Shown: positions 40,332 to 50,141 of the stretch, piece by piece
Layout of the letters: each line of letters starts with the position of its first letter
How positions within the stretch are numbered: the stretch's first letter is position 1
From: Bacteroidota bacterium
GTDB lineage: Bacteria > Bacteroidota > Ignavibacteria > SZUA-365
Assembly: GCA_023432805.1 (NCBI GenBank)
Contig: JAEYUG010000041.1
Span: 1 to 57,793, forward strand
DNA length: 57,793 nucleotides
Reading direction: 5' to 3'
Notes under the pieces: model-generated
Seen by the model: only the letters and a program-made list of their open reading frames with translations
Told to the model about the DNA's origin: nothing
Database searches by the model: none
Program-made: the position numbers and the translations under genes

Positions 40332-42302
40332 ATGGACGCTGATTCGACTCATCATCTGGACATCATGCATACCTACGCCGGTCTTATCGTCCTGTTTCCC
40401 CTGATCGGACTGCTGATCAACGGCTTGCTCGGAAGGAAAATCCGCAACGAAGCCGTGGTGGGATTCATCGGCAGTGCCGCCGTCGGCGCGTCGTTCATTG
40501 TCGCTGCCCTGATCTTTTTCGACATGCTCGGCGCACCTGCTGACCAACGCAGCCACACCGTCACCCTGTTCACGTGGATAGCGGCAGGCTCCTTCACGGT
40601 ATCGGCCGCCTACCTCGTCGATCAGCTCTCGATCCTCATGACGCTCGTGGTCACAGGCGTGGGATTCCTGATCCACGTCTACTCGATCGGCTATATGCAT
40701 GGCGATCGCGGATTCTGGCGCTTCTTCACCTACCTGAATCTGTTCATCTTCGCGATGCTCAATCTGGTGCTGGCCGACAACTACGTACTGATGTTCCTCG
40801 GCTGGGAGGGTGTGGGACTCTGCTCCTACCTGCTCATCGGATTCTGGTACGACCGCAAGTTCGAGGGGACAGGCATCACGTGGACCGGTGACGCGGCCAA
40901 CAAGGCATTCTGGGTCAACCGCATCGGTGACTTCGCCTTCATGATCGGCATGTTCCTGATCTTCACCGAGTTCGGTTCGCTCACCTTCGGTGCGGTGATG
41001 GACGGCGCCTCGACCATGCAGGTCGGTGCCCCGGTCATGTTCTGGATCACCCTGCTGCTGTTCATCGGTGCCACCGGAAAATCCGCACAGATCCCCCTCT
41101 TCGTCTGGCTCCCTGATGCGATGGCCGGCCCCACCCCCGTCAGCGCACTCATCCACGCCGCCACGATGGTCACCGCCGGCGTCTACATGGTCGCGCGAAA
41201 CAGCCTGCTCTACGCGCTCTCTCCCGAGACAATGCTCATCGTCGCCGTCGTCGGTGCCCTGACCGCAATCGTCGCAGCCTCGATCGGCGTGGCCCAGTAC
41301 GACATCAAGAAAGTGCTCGCCTATTCGACGGTCAGCCAGCTCGGATACATGTTTCTCGCTCTCGGCGTCGGCGCCTTTACCGCCGGCATCTTCCACGTCA
41401 TGACCCACGCCTTCTTCAAGGCCTGCCTCTTCCTCGGCTCGGGCTCGGTGATCCACGCCATGCACGAGGAACAGGACATCCGCCACATGGGCGGACTCAA
41501 GACGAAGATGCCCATCACCTACATGACCTTCCTGATCTCGAGCTTCGCCATCGCGGGCTTCCCCCCGCTGGCGGGCTTTTTCTCGAAGGATGAGATTCTC
41601 TGGAAGGCGTTCGCCAACGGTTCCCCCCTGTTGTGGGGAATCGGTGCGCTGGCAGCCCTGATGACGGCATACTACATGTTCCGCATGGTCACCTTGACCT
41701 TCCTCGGCACGCCGCGCTGGGCAGAGGGGAAGCATCCGCACGAGTCTCCCTGGACGATGACGATGCCACTCGTGGTGCTCGCCGTGCTCGCGGTCGTCGG
41801 AGGCTTCCTCGGAGTGCCCGCGATTCTTGGAGGGGGCAACGCCATCGAGCAGTGGCTTGCACCGGTCTTTTCCCGCGCGGAAGCGCATCTGCATCATTCC
41901 CACGAGTTCAGCCATGCGCTCGAGTACGGACTCATGGCCGTCAGCGTGGTGATCGCGATCCTCGGCTTTGTCATGGGACGACGGATCTTCCTGGCGAACC
42001 CGAATGCGGACGAAACCTTCGCCGCCCGCGCGGGCGGACTGTTCAGGACGCTCAACCGGAAGTACTTCATCGATGAGGGCTACGCGGCCGCCATCGTTAA
42101 TCCCATCGTGCGCGTCTCCGATCGGGTGCTGGCGCGCATCGTCGACAACGGCATCATCGACGGCATCGTCAACGCGACCGCGGGCATCACCGGCATCTTC
42201 AGTGCCGCGCTCCGCTACGCACAGACCGGCATGGTGCAGAGCTACGCTTCGATGATCGTGCTCGGCATCCTCGTTGTCCTTTCGATCATGTTGTTCGGCT
42301 AA
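40332..42302 (+). CDS. nuoL: NADH-quinone oxidoreductase subunit L
   Basis: 656 aa, antiporter-like subunit. ...MFLGWEGVGLCSYLLIGFWY... and ...WLPDAMAGPTPVSALIHAATMVTAGVY... are NuoL/ND5 signatures. The start may be the internal Met at 40365. Confidence 0.9.
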   Translation: MDADSTHHLDIMHTYAGLIVLFPLIGLLINGLLGRKIRNEAVVGFIGSAAVGASFIVAALIFFDMLGAPADQRSHTVTLFTWIAAGSFTVSAAYLVDQLSILMTLVVTGVGFLIHVYSIGYMHGDRGFWRFFTYLNLFIFAMLNLVLADNYVLMFLGWEGVGLCSYLLIGFWYDRKFEGTGITWTGDAANKAFWVNRIGDFAFMIGMFLIFTEFGSLTFGAVMDGASTMQVGAPVMFWITLLLFIGATGKSAQIPLFVWLPDAMAGPTPVSALIHAATMVTAGVYMVARNSLLYALSPETMLIVAVVGALTAIVAASIGVAQYDIKKVLAYSTVSQLGYMFLALGVGAFTAGIFHVMTHAFFKACLFLGSGSVIHAMHEEQDIRHMGGLKTKMPITYMTFLISSFAIAGFPPLAGFFSKDEILWKAFANGSPLLWGIGALAALMTAYYMFRMVTLTFLGTPRWAEGKHPHESPWTMTMPLVVLAVLAVVGGFLGVPAILGGGNAIEQWLAPVFSRAEAHLHHSHEFSHALEYGLMAVSVVIAILGFVMGRRIFLANPNADETFAARAGGLFRTLNRKYFIDEGYAAAIVNPIVRVSDRVLARIVDNGIIDGIVNATAGITGIFSAALRYAQTGMVQSYASMIVLGILVVLSIMLFG

Positions 42303-42316
42303 GAGGACCGATTCCG

Positions 42317-43861
42317 ATGACTTCACATCTGCTTACCATCGTCCTGTTTCTCCCGTTGCTCGGCGGGCTCGTGCTCATGCTCGCGCGCCGGAATGGGAAT
42401 GCCGTCAAGATCGGGGGTCTGCTGATCTCGCTTGTGACCTTTGCCGTGTCACTCGGACTCTGGATGGGATACGACCCCGCCGATCCGATGATGCAGTTCA
42501 AGGAATACGTGCTCTGGATACCATCCCTGAACGCGGCGTACCACATCGGTATCGATGGCATCTCGCTGCTGCTCATCATGTTGACCACATTTCTGACACC
42601 ACTCGTGCTCCTGGCGTCGTGGAACAGCATCGAGAAGCAGCTCCCCATGTACGTGTTCCTGATGCTCATGCTCGAGACAGGCATGATCGGCGTCTTCGCG
42701 TCGCTTGACACCTTTCTCTTCTACGTGTTCTGGGAGCTCATCCTGATCCCGATGTATTTTATCATCGGAATCTGGGGTGGTCGTGATCGAATCTACGCGT
42801 CGGTGAAATTCTTCATCTACACGATGGTCGGTTCGCTGCTGATGCTGATCGCAATCATCTGGCTGGGATATTACGCCAGCACGCTGCCCGGCGGCGAGTT
42901 TACAACTGATCTGTTGCGTCTCTACGAGATCGCTCCCTCCATCCCGATGGACATGCAGGCATGGATGTTCGCAGCCTTTGCTCTCAGCTTCCTGATCAAG
43001 GTTCCAGCCTTTCCTCTGCACACATGGCTGCCCGATGCGCACGTGCAGGCGCCGACAGGCGGTTCTGTGATCCTTGCCGGCGTGCTGCTCAAGATGGGAA
43101 CCTATGGATTGATCCGCTTCAATCTGCAGCTGTTTCCTCTGGCCTCCGTCGAATACGCCTGGTTCATGGCCACGCTCGGGGTGATCGGCATCATCTACGG
43201 TGCACTGGTCTCCATGGTGCAGAAGGACGTCAAGAAGCTTGTGGCGTATTCATCGGTCAGCCATATGGGATTCATCCTTCTCGGATTGTTCGGCATCACC
43301 GTCGAAGGACTGCAGGGGGGCGTCATCCAGATGATCAACCACGGTCTGTCGACGGGCGCGCTCTTCCTTCTCGTCGGTATGATCTATGATCGACGCCATA
43401 CACGCATGATCGAAGACTTCGGCGGTCTCGCAAAGATCGTTCCCGTGTTTTCGACATTATTCCTGATCGTCACACTGTCATCGATCGGCCTGCCGGGACT
43501 CAATGGTTTCATCGGTGAATTCCTGGTCCTGATCGGATCTTTCAGCTCGCCTGTACTTGACTCACAACTCTATGTGATCTTCGCATCGAGCGGCGTTGTC
43601 TTCGCTGCCGTATACATGCTGTGGATGTATCAGCGCGTGGTGTTCGGCGTCTCACGCGACGAGGCGAATAATGGGATCAGCGATCTGAACACACGGGAAA
43701 TCGGCCTGCTTCTGCCGATCCTCCTCTTCATCGTGTGGATCGGTGTCTATCCCTCAACCTTTCTCTCAAAAACTGAACCTTCGGTGCAACGCATCGTTCG
43801 CACCGTGGAAACTGTCCGTGCCGACAGTACGCCGTCGACCCCCCTGTCGGTCGGTCGCTGA
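42317..43861 (+). CDS. nuoM: NADH-quinone oxidoreductase subunit M
   Basis: 514 aa. ...FYVFWELILIPMYFIIGIWGG... and ...WLPDAHVQAPTGGSVILAGVLLKMGTYG... are NuoM/ND4 signatures. Confidence 0.9.
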   Translation: MTSHLLTIVLFLPLLGGLVLMLARRNGNAVKIGGLLISLVTFAVSLGLWMGYDPADPMMQFKEYVLWIPSLNAAYHIGIDGISLLLIMLTTFLTPLVLLASWNSIEKQLPMYVFLMLMLETGMIGVFASLDTFLFYVFWELILIPMYFIIGIWGGRDRIYASVKFFIYTMVGSLLMLIAIIWLGYYASTLPGGEFTTDLLRLYEIAPSIPMDMQAWMFAAFALSFLIKVPAFPLHTWLPDAHVQAPTGGSVILAGVLLKMGTYGLIRFNLQLFPLASVEYAWFMATLGVIGIIYGALVSMVQKDVKKLVAYSSVSHMGFILLGLFGITVEGLQGGVIQMINHGLSTGALFLLVGMIYDRRHTRMIEDFGGLAKIVPVFSTLFLIVTLSSIGLPGLNGFIGEFLVLIGSFSSPVLDSQLYVIFASSGVVFAAVYMLWMYQRVVFGVSRDEANNGISDLNTREIGLLLPILLFIVWIGVYPSTFLSKTEPSVQRIVRTVETVRADSTPSTPLSVGR

Positions 43862-43928
43862 CACGTTTCCGAACCGGACCCCCGTGAAATCCTTCATTCA
43901 AAAAGCACTTCTCCTTTCCGGAGGATCC

Positions 43929-45392
43929 ATGATGATCCTCGCAACCACGCCCGTGGCGCTGTTCGCATCGGAAGGACAATCCCACATCATCGAGCCCTCG
44001 CCGTGGATGATCATCCCGTTCGTCCTGCTACTGCTCGCCATCGCGGTCATGCCCTTTATCAACAAGCATTGGTGGGAACACTACTACCCACATGTCGCTG
44101 TCGGGCTGGGACTGATCACGATCACCTACTATGTCGCGTTTCTCGGAAACCCGGTCCGGATGCTTCACTCCGGCATCGAGTTCTTCAGCTTCCTCTGCCT
44201 GGTCGGATCGCTCTTCGTGGTCGCCGGTGGCATGCACATCAATCTCAAGGGTTACGCAACGCCCATCAAGAACACGATGATGCTGCTCTTCGGTGCGGTC
44301 ATTTCGAATCTCATCGGCACGACTGGTGCGTCGATGATCCTCATCCGCCCGTACATGCGCAACAACAGGAATCGTCTCAAGGCGTTCCATGTGATCTTTT
44401 TCATCTTCATCGTCAGCAACATCGGCGGTGCCTTGACCCCGATCGGGGATCCCCCTCTCTTTCTCGGATATCTGAAGGGCGTTCCATTCTTCTGGGTCAT
44501 TGAGAATGTCTGGCACATCTGGCTGCTTGCCATCGTCCTGATTCTTCTCGTGTTCATCGTCTTCGACACGCTTGATTATCGGAAGATGCCGAAAGAACAG
44601 CGCGATCGCGAAAACGAGGTGGCGGATGTGACACGGCTCGACGGCATGCACAACCTCGCATTCCTCCTGCTCATCCTCATCGCCGTCTTTATTCAGAATC
44701 CCCCGTTCGTGCGCGAAGCCATCATGATCGCAGCCGCGGTGGGATCGTATCTGACAACGAAAAAGACCGTGCATGCCGCAAATGACTTCAACTTCCTGCC
44801 GATCAAGGAAGTCGGGTTTCTGTTCCTCGGTTTGTTCGCAACCATGGTCCCCGCATTGGACTGGCTCGAATTGAACGCAGCGTCGATCGGAATCACTTCT
44901 GCTGGACAATTCTTCTGGGGAACAGGTGTGCTCTCTTCATTTCTTGACAACGCACCGACCTATCTGAACTTCCTCAGTGCCTCGATCGGTCTCTTTGTCG
45001 ACCAGTCACTCGTCGTGCAGGTCAACGATATCATCAAGGCCGGTTCGCACGCGACGCTCGGTCAGTATCCTGTGGAAGTTCAACAGACGTTCCAGACCCT
45101 GTTCAAGTATCACGGCGATCTCGTGGCGTCCGGCCACGTGCCTCTCGACGATATCAACATTTCATACCTCATTGGCGTCCACCCGATCTATCTAATCAGC
45201 ATCAGTGTCGCGGCAGTGTTCTTCGGCGCCAATACCTATATCGGCAACGCTCCCAATTTCATGGTGAAATCGATCGCCGAGCAGGCCGGAGCGAAGATGC
45301 CGAGTTTCTTCGGATATATGTTCCGATATTCCATACCGATTCTCATCCCCATTTTCATACTGGTCTGGCTGCTGTTTTTCTTTCATTCGTAA
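43929..45392 (+). CDS. nhaD: ArsB/NhaD-superfamily ion transporter (putative NhaD-type Na+/H+ antiporter) inserted between nuoM and nuoN
   Basis: In-frame Met at 43929 preceded by GGAGGA. Polytopic (~12 TM) protein with ...GGALTPIGDPPLFLGYL... and ...LSSFLDNAPTYLNFL... motifs typical of the NhaD/ArsB permease fold. About 487 aa. Confidence 0.65.
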   Translation: MMILATTPVALFASEGQSHIIEPSPWMIIPFVLLLLAIAVMPFINKHWWEHYYPHVAVGLGLITITYYVAFLGNPVRMLHSGIEFFSFLCLVGSLFVVAGGMHINLKGYATPIKNTMMLLFGAVISNLIGTTGASMILIRPYMRNNRNRLKAFHVIFFIFIVSNIGGALTPIGDPPLFLGYLKGVPFFWVIENVWHIWLLAIVLILLVFIVFDTLDYRKMPKEQRDRENEVADVTRLDGMHNLAFLLLILIAVFIQNPPFVREAIMIAAAVGSYLTTKKTVHAANDFNFLPIKEVGFLFLGLFATMVPALDWLELNAASIGITSAGQFFWGTGVLSSFLDNAPTYLNFLSASIGLFVDQSLVVQVNDIIKAGSHATLGQYPVEVQQTFQTLFKYHGDLVASGHVPLDDINISYLIGVHPIYLISISVAAVFFGANTYIGNAPNFMVKSIAEQAGAKMPSFFGYMFRYSIPILIPIFILVWLLFFFHS

Positions 45393-45413
45393 CCGACTCT
45401 CATCGGCAGGTTC

Positions 45414-46838
45414 ATGGATACTCTCCTCTCTGATCTCACGCAGACCGCCCCGATCGGCGGTGCATTCCTTCTCAGTCTCATTCTCATCATGATGAGTGCC
45501 TTGAAGAAGGAATCCGCAGCACTCGTCCACATTTCTTCTCTCATCGGTGTGGTCGCGCTGGCCGGTCTCGCGATCTGGACCTTCCCGATGAAGGGAGCAG
45601 CATTCGGTGGTACAGTGATGACAGGGGGATTCGCGAGCCTGTTCATTCTGATCTTCCTGCTGTCGGCGTTCCTGACGCTGTTCATGATGCGTGATTATGC
45701 GGTCAAGATCGGGGCGGACCATGGTGAACTCTATATCCTCATCGTTCTCGCAACCACGGGGATGATGACGTTTGCGTCGGGACTCGACCTCATCGTCACA
45801 TTCATCGGTCTCGAGCTGATGTCGGTCTGCCTGTACGTGCTTGCGGGATTCACCCGCAAGTCCATGCGCTCGAACGAAGCGGCAGTGAAGTACTTCCTGC
45901 TCGGTGCATTTTCCACCGGGTTCTTCCTGTATGGCATCGCGCTCATTTATGGTGCAACCGGAACCACGAACATCATGATCGTGGCACGGAACCTCCCCGC
46001 ATATTCCAGTTCTCTTCTCTTCACCGCCGGAATTGGATTGCTGCTTGTGGGACTCGCATTCAAGGTAGGGTCGGTGCCGTTCCACATGTGGATCCCCGAT
46101 GTGTACGAGGGCTCACCGACAATCGTGTCTGCCTTCATGTCCACTGGCGCCAAGGCCGCAGCCTTCGCCGTCCTGCTTCTCGTATTCACGGCGACATTCG
46201 CGTTTGATCACGCCGCCGTGAATACGGTGTTCTCCATACTTGCGGTTGCGTCAATGGTCATCGGTAACGTTGTCGCACTCTCACAGTCCTCGATCAAGCG
46301 CATGCTTGCCTACTCCAGCATCGCACATGCAGGATACATGCTCATCGGATTGACAGCCGGCTCTGACCTTGCCATCTCGGGCGTGATGTTCTATCTCGTC
46401 TCCTATACGCTCACAAACATGGGAGCATTCGGGATCGCGTCCATCATCGAGAACGAGAAGCAGGAGAACGGGACGCTCACCAGTTTCATCGCCCTCGGAA
46501 CGCGCGCCCCCTTTCTGGCGCTGCTGATGTCGATCTTCATGTTCTCGCTCGTCGGCATCCCTCCGCTTTCGGGATTCTTCGGCAAATACTACATCTTCCT
46601 TGCCGCCATTCAGCGGGGATACACCTGGCTCACAATCGTTGGCGTGATCACCAGCATGATCTCGATCTATTTCTATCTGCGCGTCGTTGTCATGATGTAT
46701 TTCAAGACGACGGATGCTGCAGTGGAAGTCAGGGTTGCCGGTACAAGCGCCATCCCACTGGTGCTGGCCGCAGCAGGAGTTCTCGTGATCGGTATCCTGC
46801 CGCGTCTTGTGCTCGACTGGATGGTCACGCTGTTCTAA
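45414..46838 (+). CDS. nuoN: NADH-quinone oxidoreductase subunit N
   Basis: 474 aa. ...LDLIVTFIGLELMSVCLYVLAGF..., ...KYFLLGAFSTGFFLYGIALIYG... and ...GSVPFHMWIPDVYEGSPT... are NuoN/ND2 signatures. Confidence 0.9.
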   Translation: MDTLLSDLTQTAPIGGAFLLSLILIMMSALKKESAALVHISSLIGVVALAGLAIWTFPMKGAAFGGTVMTGGFASLFILIFLLSAFLTLFMMRDYAVKIGADHGELYILIVLATTGMMTFASGLDLIVTFIGLELMSVCLYVLAGFTRKSMRSNEAAVKYFLLGAFSTGFFLYGIALIYGATGTTNIMIVARNLPAYSSSLLFTAGIGLLLVGLAFKVGSVPFHMWIPDVYEGSPTIVSAFMSTGAKAAAFAVLLLVFTATFAFDHAAVNTVFSILAVASMVIGNVVALSQSSIKRMLAYSSIAHAGYMLIGLTAGSDLAISGVMFYLVSYTLTNMGAFGIASIIENEKQENGTLTSFIALGTRAPFLALLMSIFMFSLVGIPPLSGFFGKYYIFLAAIQRGYTWLTIVGVITSMISIYFYLRVVVMMYFKTTDAAVEVRVAGTSAIPLVLAAAGVLVIGILPRLVLDWMVTLF

Positions 46839-46863
46839 GTGTTTTCCTTTTCAAGGACTCCCC

Positions 46864-48441
46864 ATGATCCCGGTATTTACTGCCGCTGAAATGCGGCGCT
46901 GTGATGCTGTGGCAATCGAGCAGTTTGGAGTACCGGGCATCGTTCTTATGGAGAACGCTGCGCATGGTGCCCTGCAGGTGATCGAACGCATGTTCGAACC
47001 TCTCTCGAGGTCTACAGCCATCGTGCTCTGCGGAAAGGGAAACAATGGTGGAGATGGATTCGCGATCGCACGTCATCTGGTCAATCGTGGCGTCGCAGTG
47101 CATGTCATGAATATCGGTCCGGATGAAGCGTCCCGTGGTGATGCCGCGACGAATCTCACCATCCTGCGCATCATGGAAGCCTCGATGCCCTCCCTGCGCG
47201 TGACCTTGCTCAGCGATGTTCGAGAACTGCGCGATGAATTGCTGCATGGTTGCACCTTTGTCGTTGATGCTCTGCTCGGTACGGGACTTTCATCGGAGGT
47301 TTCCGATGAGATTGTCGACATCGTAGATATTCTCGCACATTCCTCCGTCCCCATCATCTCCATCGACATCCCCACAGGCATCGATTCCGACAATGGAGCG
47401 ATCCTCGGATCGGCCATGCGCGCGGCTGCCACAGTGACGATGGCAGGCCTCAAACGCGGACTGCTTTTCGGTCGCGGAAAGGAGTATGCCGGGGAGGTGA
47501 CCGTTGTGGATATCGGTTCGCCGTCGGTCGTGCTGCATGGCGAAGCGACATCCACATGGCGTCTGGAACGAAGCGATATCATTGCCCGCCTACCTCATCG
47601 TGGCTTCGACGTGCACAAATACCAGCTTGGGAAAGTGTTCGTACTCGCAGGAAGCATCGGTCTCTCTGGTGCTGCGGCGATGTCGTCGATGGCTGCGCTG
47701 CGCACCGGTGCAGGCATCGTCAAACTCGGCGTTCCCGCATCACTCAATGCGATCATGGAGGTGAAGCTTACCGAGATCATGACCATCCCGTACCGCGATA
47801 CATCCGAGGGCAGCCTCGGCATGCAGGATCTTGAGGGAATGCTCGACATGATCGAATCGTCGACAGTGTCGGTGATCGGCCCTGGTATCTCACGTCAGTA
47901 CGAGACCCAGAACCTCGTGCGGAAGCTGGTCGCACGCGCATCCAGACCACTGGTCGTCGATGCGGACGCACTCTTTGCACTGGCAGGACATCTCGACATT
48001 CTACTCGGCATCGACAATGAGATCGTGCTCACACCGCATACCGGAGAGTTCTCGCGCATGATCGACCAGTCCATCGCCGACATCGAGGCAAAACGCATCG
48101 ATCTTGCGAGAACCTTCGCTACGGAATTCGCCGTCACGCTTGTGCTCAAGGGTGCGCCGACGATCATCGCGACGAAGGACGGTCACGTCTATATCAATGC
48201 AACCGGAAATCCGGGAATGGCGACCGCTGGATCGGGGGATGTCCTGACAGGTGTGATCGCCGGACTGATCGCGCAGGGCGCGTCACCGGAAGATGCCGCA
48301 CTGTGCGGAGTGTACCTCCACGGCATGGCTGGTGACCGCGCACGCGAACAGGTCGGAGAGTACGGCTTGATTGCAACGGATATGTTGACTGCAGTCGCAG
48401 AAACGATTCATGATCTGGGTGAAGTACACGCTGTCGCATGA
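46864..48441 (+). CDS. nnr: Bifunctional NAD(P)H-hydrate repair enzyme Nnr (YjeF-N epimerase plus YjeF-C ADP-dependent dehydratase)
   Basis: In-frame Met at 46864 (MIPVFTAAEMRRCDAVAIE...). N-domain GKGNNGGDGF; C-domain ...GPG... and ...GNPGMATAGSGDVLTG.... About 525 aa. Confidence 0.85.
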   Translation: MIPVFTAAEMRRCDAVAIEQFGVPGIVLMENAAHGALQVIERMFEPLSRSTAIVLCGKGNNGGDGFAIARHLVNRGVAVHVMNIGPDEASRGDAATNLTILRIMEASMPSLRVTLLSDVRELRDELLHGCTFVVDALLGTGLSSEVSDEIVDIVDILAHSSVPIISIDIPTGIDSDNGAILGSAMRAAATVTMAGLKRGLLFGRGKEYAGEVTVVDIGSPSVVLHGEATSTWRLERSDIIARLPHRGFDVHKYQLGKVFVLAGSIGLSGAAAMSSMAALRTGAGIVKLGVPASLNAIMEVKLTEIMTIPYRDTSEGSLGMQDLEGMLDMIESSTVSVIGPGISRQYETQNLVRKLVARASRPLVVDADALFALAGHLDILLGIDNEIVLTPHTGEFSRMIDQSIADIEAKRIDLARTFATEFAVTLVLKGAPTIIATKDGHVYINATGNPGMATAGSGDVLTGVIAGLIAQGASPEDAALCGVYLHGMAGDRAREQVGEYGLIATDMLTAVAETIHDLGEVHAVA

Positions 48442-48878
48442 CGATGTTCGCGCTCAGTGCCCCTGTTTCGCGTTACGCCGCCCTGGGATGGGCGGCGTTC
48501 ATCGTTCTGCTCCTCTCCCTTCCGGGAAACAGTGTTCCCCGCTTCTCCTTTCATCTCATCGGCATCCCCTCCGATGCGATCGTGCATGCAGTCCTGTTCT
48601 GCATTCAGGCGTTGCTGCTCGGCCGCGCCTTCGCATCAGGAGGCCTTCCTGCTCCCTTCACCCCGGTGAGCAGATTCAGCGCAATGATGCTCGCATCATG
48701 TACGAGCATCATGTACGGTGCCGTGACCGAGCTCTGGCAACACGTCATCCCCGGGAGAAGCGGGGACGTGATGGATCTCGTGGCGGATGCAGCAGGGGCC
48801 GGACTCGCCTTCCTTCTCATGATCGCGATGAACCGGCGCGAACGGCATCCTGACAGATCCGTTTCCTCCTATCCGTGA
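48438..48878 (+). CDS. VanZ-family small membrane protein
   Basis: 146 aa. Four hydrophobic segments in a VanZ-like arrangement (...VHAVLF...; ...DLVADAAGAGLAFLL...). Its start overlaps the nnr stop (ATGA) and its 3' end overlaps the convergent ychF by ~10 bp. Confidence 0.55.
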   Translation: MTMFALSAPVSRYAALGWAAFIVLLLSLPGNSVPRFSFHLIGIPSDAIVHAVLFCIQALLLGRAFASGGLPAPFTPVSRFSAMMLASCTSIMYGAVTELWQHVIPGRSGDVMDLVADAAGAGLAFLLMIAMNRRERHPDRSVSSYP

Positions 48879-49951
48879 CGGATGGTGAGGATGTCGCCAT
48901 CTTCGACGAGATACTCCTTCCCTTCCAGTCGCCAGGCGCCCTTTTCCTTGCATGCCGCCATCGAACCGTGCGTAATGAAGTCGACGTAATGCACGACTTC
49001 CGCACGGATGAAGCGGTTCATCAGATCGGTGTGGATTGCGCCCGCTGCTTCCTGCGCATTCTCTCCTCGACGAATCGTCCATGCCCGACATTCATCCTCG
49101 CCTGCTGTGAGGAATGAAATCAGTCCCAGCATGCGGTATGCGGCCCCGATGATGCGCACGAGCGCGGACTCGGTCAACCCGTAATCCTGCATGAACGACT
49201 GGGCATCCTCATCGGAGAGCTGTGCGAGTTCCATCTCCACCTTGCCGCTGAAGGCGTCGACGGCGATGCCCGTCGCGCGGAATGTATCCTGCAACGATGC
49301 AACGAGGGCATCCTTCTCCGCGATGCGATCTTCACCAAGATTCAGCACGGCAAGCAGCGGTTTCTCCGACAGAAACTGATACCCACGAATCGCACGGCGC
49401 TCTGCCGGCAGCAGGTCGAGTGTGCGGAGCGGTTGTTCTCTCTCAAGCGCCTCCATGCATTTTTCGAGCACGACGAGTTCTTGCTTGAGCTTGTCGTCAT
49501 TGATCTTCTGCACCTGCATGCGGAGCTTTCCGATGCGCGTCTCGATCATCGCCATGTCGCTGAGCACAAATTCGGACTCGAGGATCCGGATATCACGTTC
49601 CATGTCGATGCCGCCCTCGGGATGCGGATACATCGGATCGTCGAAGCAGCGGACGACATGAATCAACGCATCGTTCGTCTTCACATTGCCGAGAAAGGCG
49701 TTGGTGAACTGCGTGGAGTTTCGATCGCCCTTCTTCAGGCCAACAACATCGACGAATTCAATGGATGTATAGACGGTTTTCTTCGGGGTGAAGTAGGTGG
49801 CCAGCACATCGACGCGTTCGTCGGGTACCTTCACCATCGCAATGTTAGTCTGCTGACGATGCGCAGCCGCATCATCGAGATGGGTGCGCGTCATGGTTTG
49901 AAACAGCGTGGACTTGCCGCTGAACGGAAGTCCGACGATACCGATTTGCAT
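48869..49951 (-). CDS. ychF: Ribosome-binding ATPase YchF (Obg-like GTPase family, TGS domain)
   Basis: MQIGIVGLPFSGKSTLF (G1), ...IEFVDVVGLKKG... (G3), ...NAFLGNV... (YchF-specific NxxL in place of G4), and a C-terminal TGS domain ...EGKEYLVEDGDIL.... 360 aa. Confidence 0.9.
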   Translation of the reverse strand: MQIGIVGLPFSGKSTLFQTMTRTHLDDAAAHRQQTNIAMVKVPDERVDVLATYFTPKKTVYTSIEFVDVVGLKKGDRNSTQFTNAFLGNVKTNDALIHVVRCFDDPMYPHPEGGIDMERDIRILESEFVLSDMAMIETRIGKLRMQVQKINDDKLKQELVVLEKCMEALEREQPLRTLDLLPAERRAIRGYQFLSEKPLLAVLNLGEDRIAEKDALVASLQDTFRATGIAVDAFSGKVEMELAQLSDEDAQSFMQDYGLTESALVRIIGAAYRMLGLISFLTAGEDECRAWTIRRGENAQEAAGAIHTDLMNRFIRAEVVHYVDFITHGSMAACKEKGAWRLEGKEYLVEDGDILTIRHG

Positions 49952-50073
49952 GGGAAATACCTGAGTGAATGGCTGGAGTCTGAGAGCTGACGCCCGGTGT
50001 CATCGCAGACGCACTGCGGAAGCTTCCGGAGCAATCAAAAATCTACGACGAGTTCATGAGGAATGAAAATGCG

Positions 50074-50104
50074 ACGACGCGCCCCGGGAACCGGGACGCG
50101 TCGT
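50074..50104 (-). terminator. Hairpin terminator 3' of gltA (ACGACGCG-CCCCGGGAACCGGG-ACGCGTCGT), T-rich tail on the minus strand
   Basis: 8-bp perfect outer stem plus inner CCGGG/CCCGG pairing. The minus-strand sequence after the hairpin reads CATTTTCATTCC. Confidence 0.5.
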
Positions 50105-50141
50105 GCAGTTGTATTGCGCTGTTGTTCGAACAGGACGCAGC

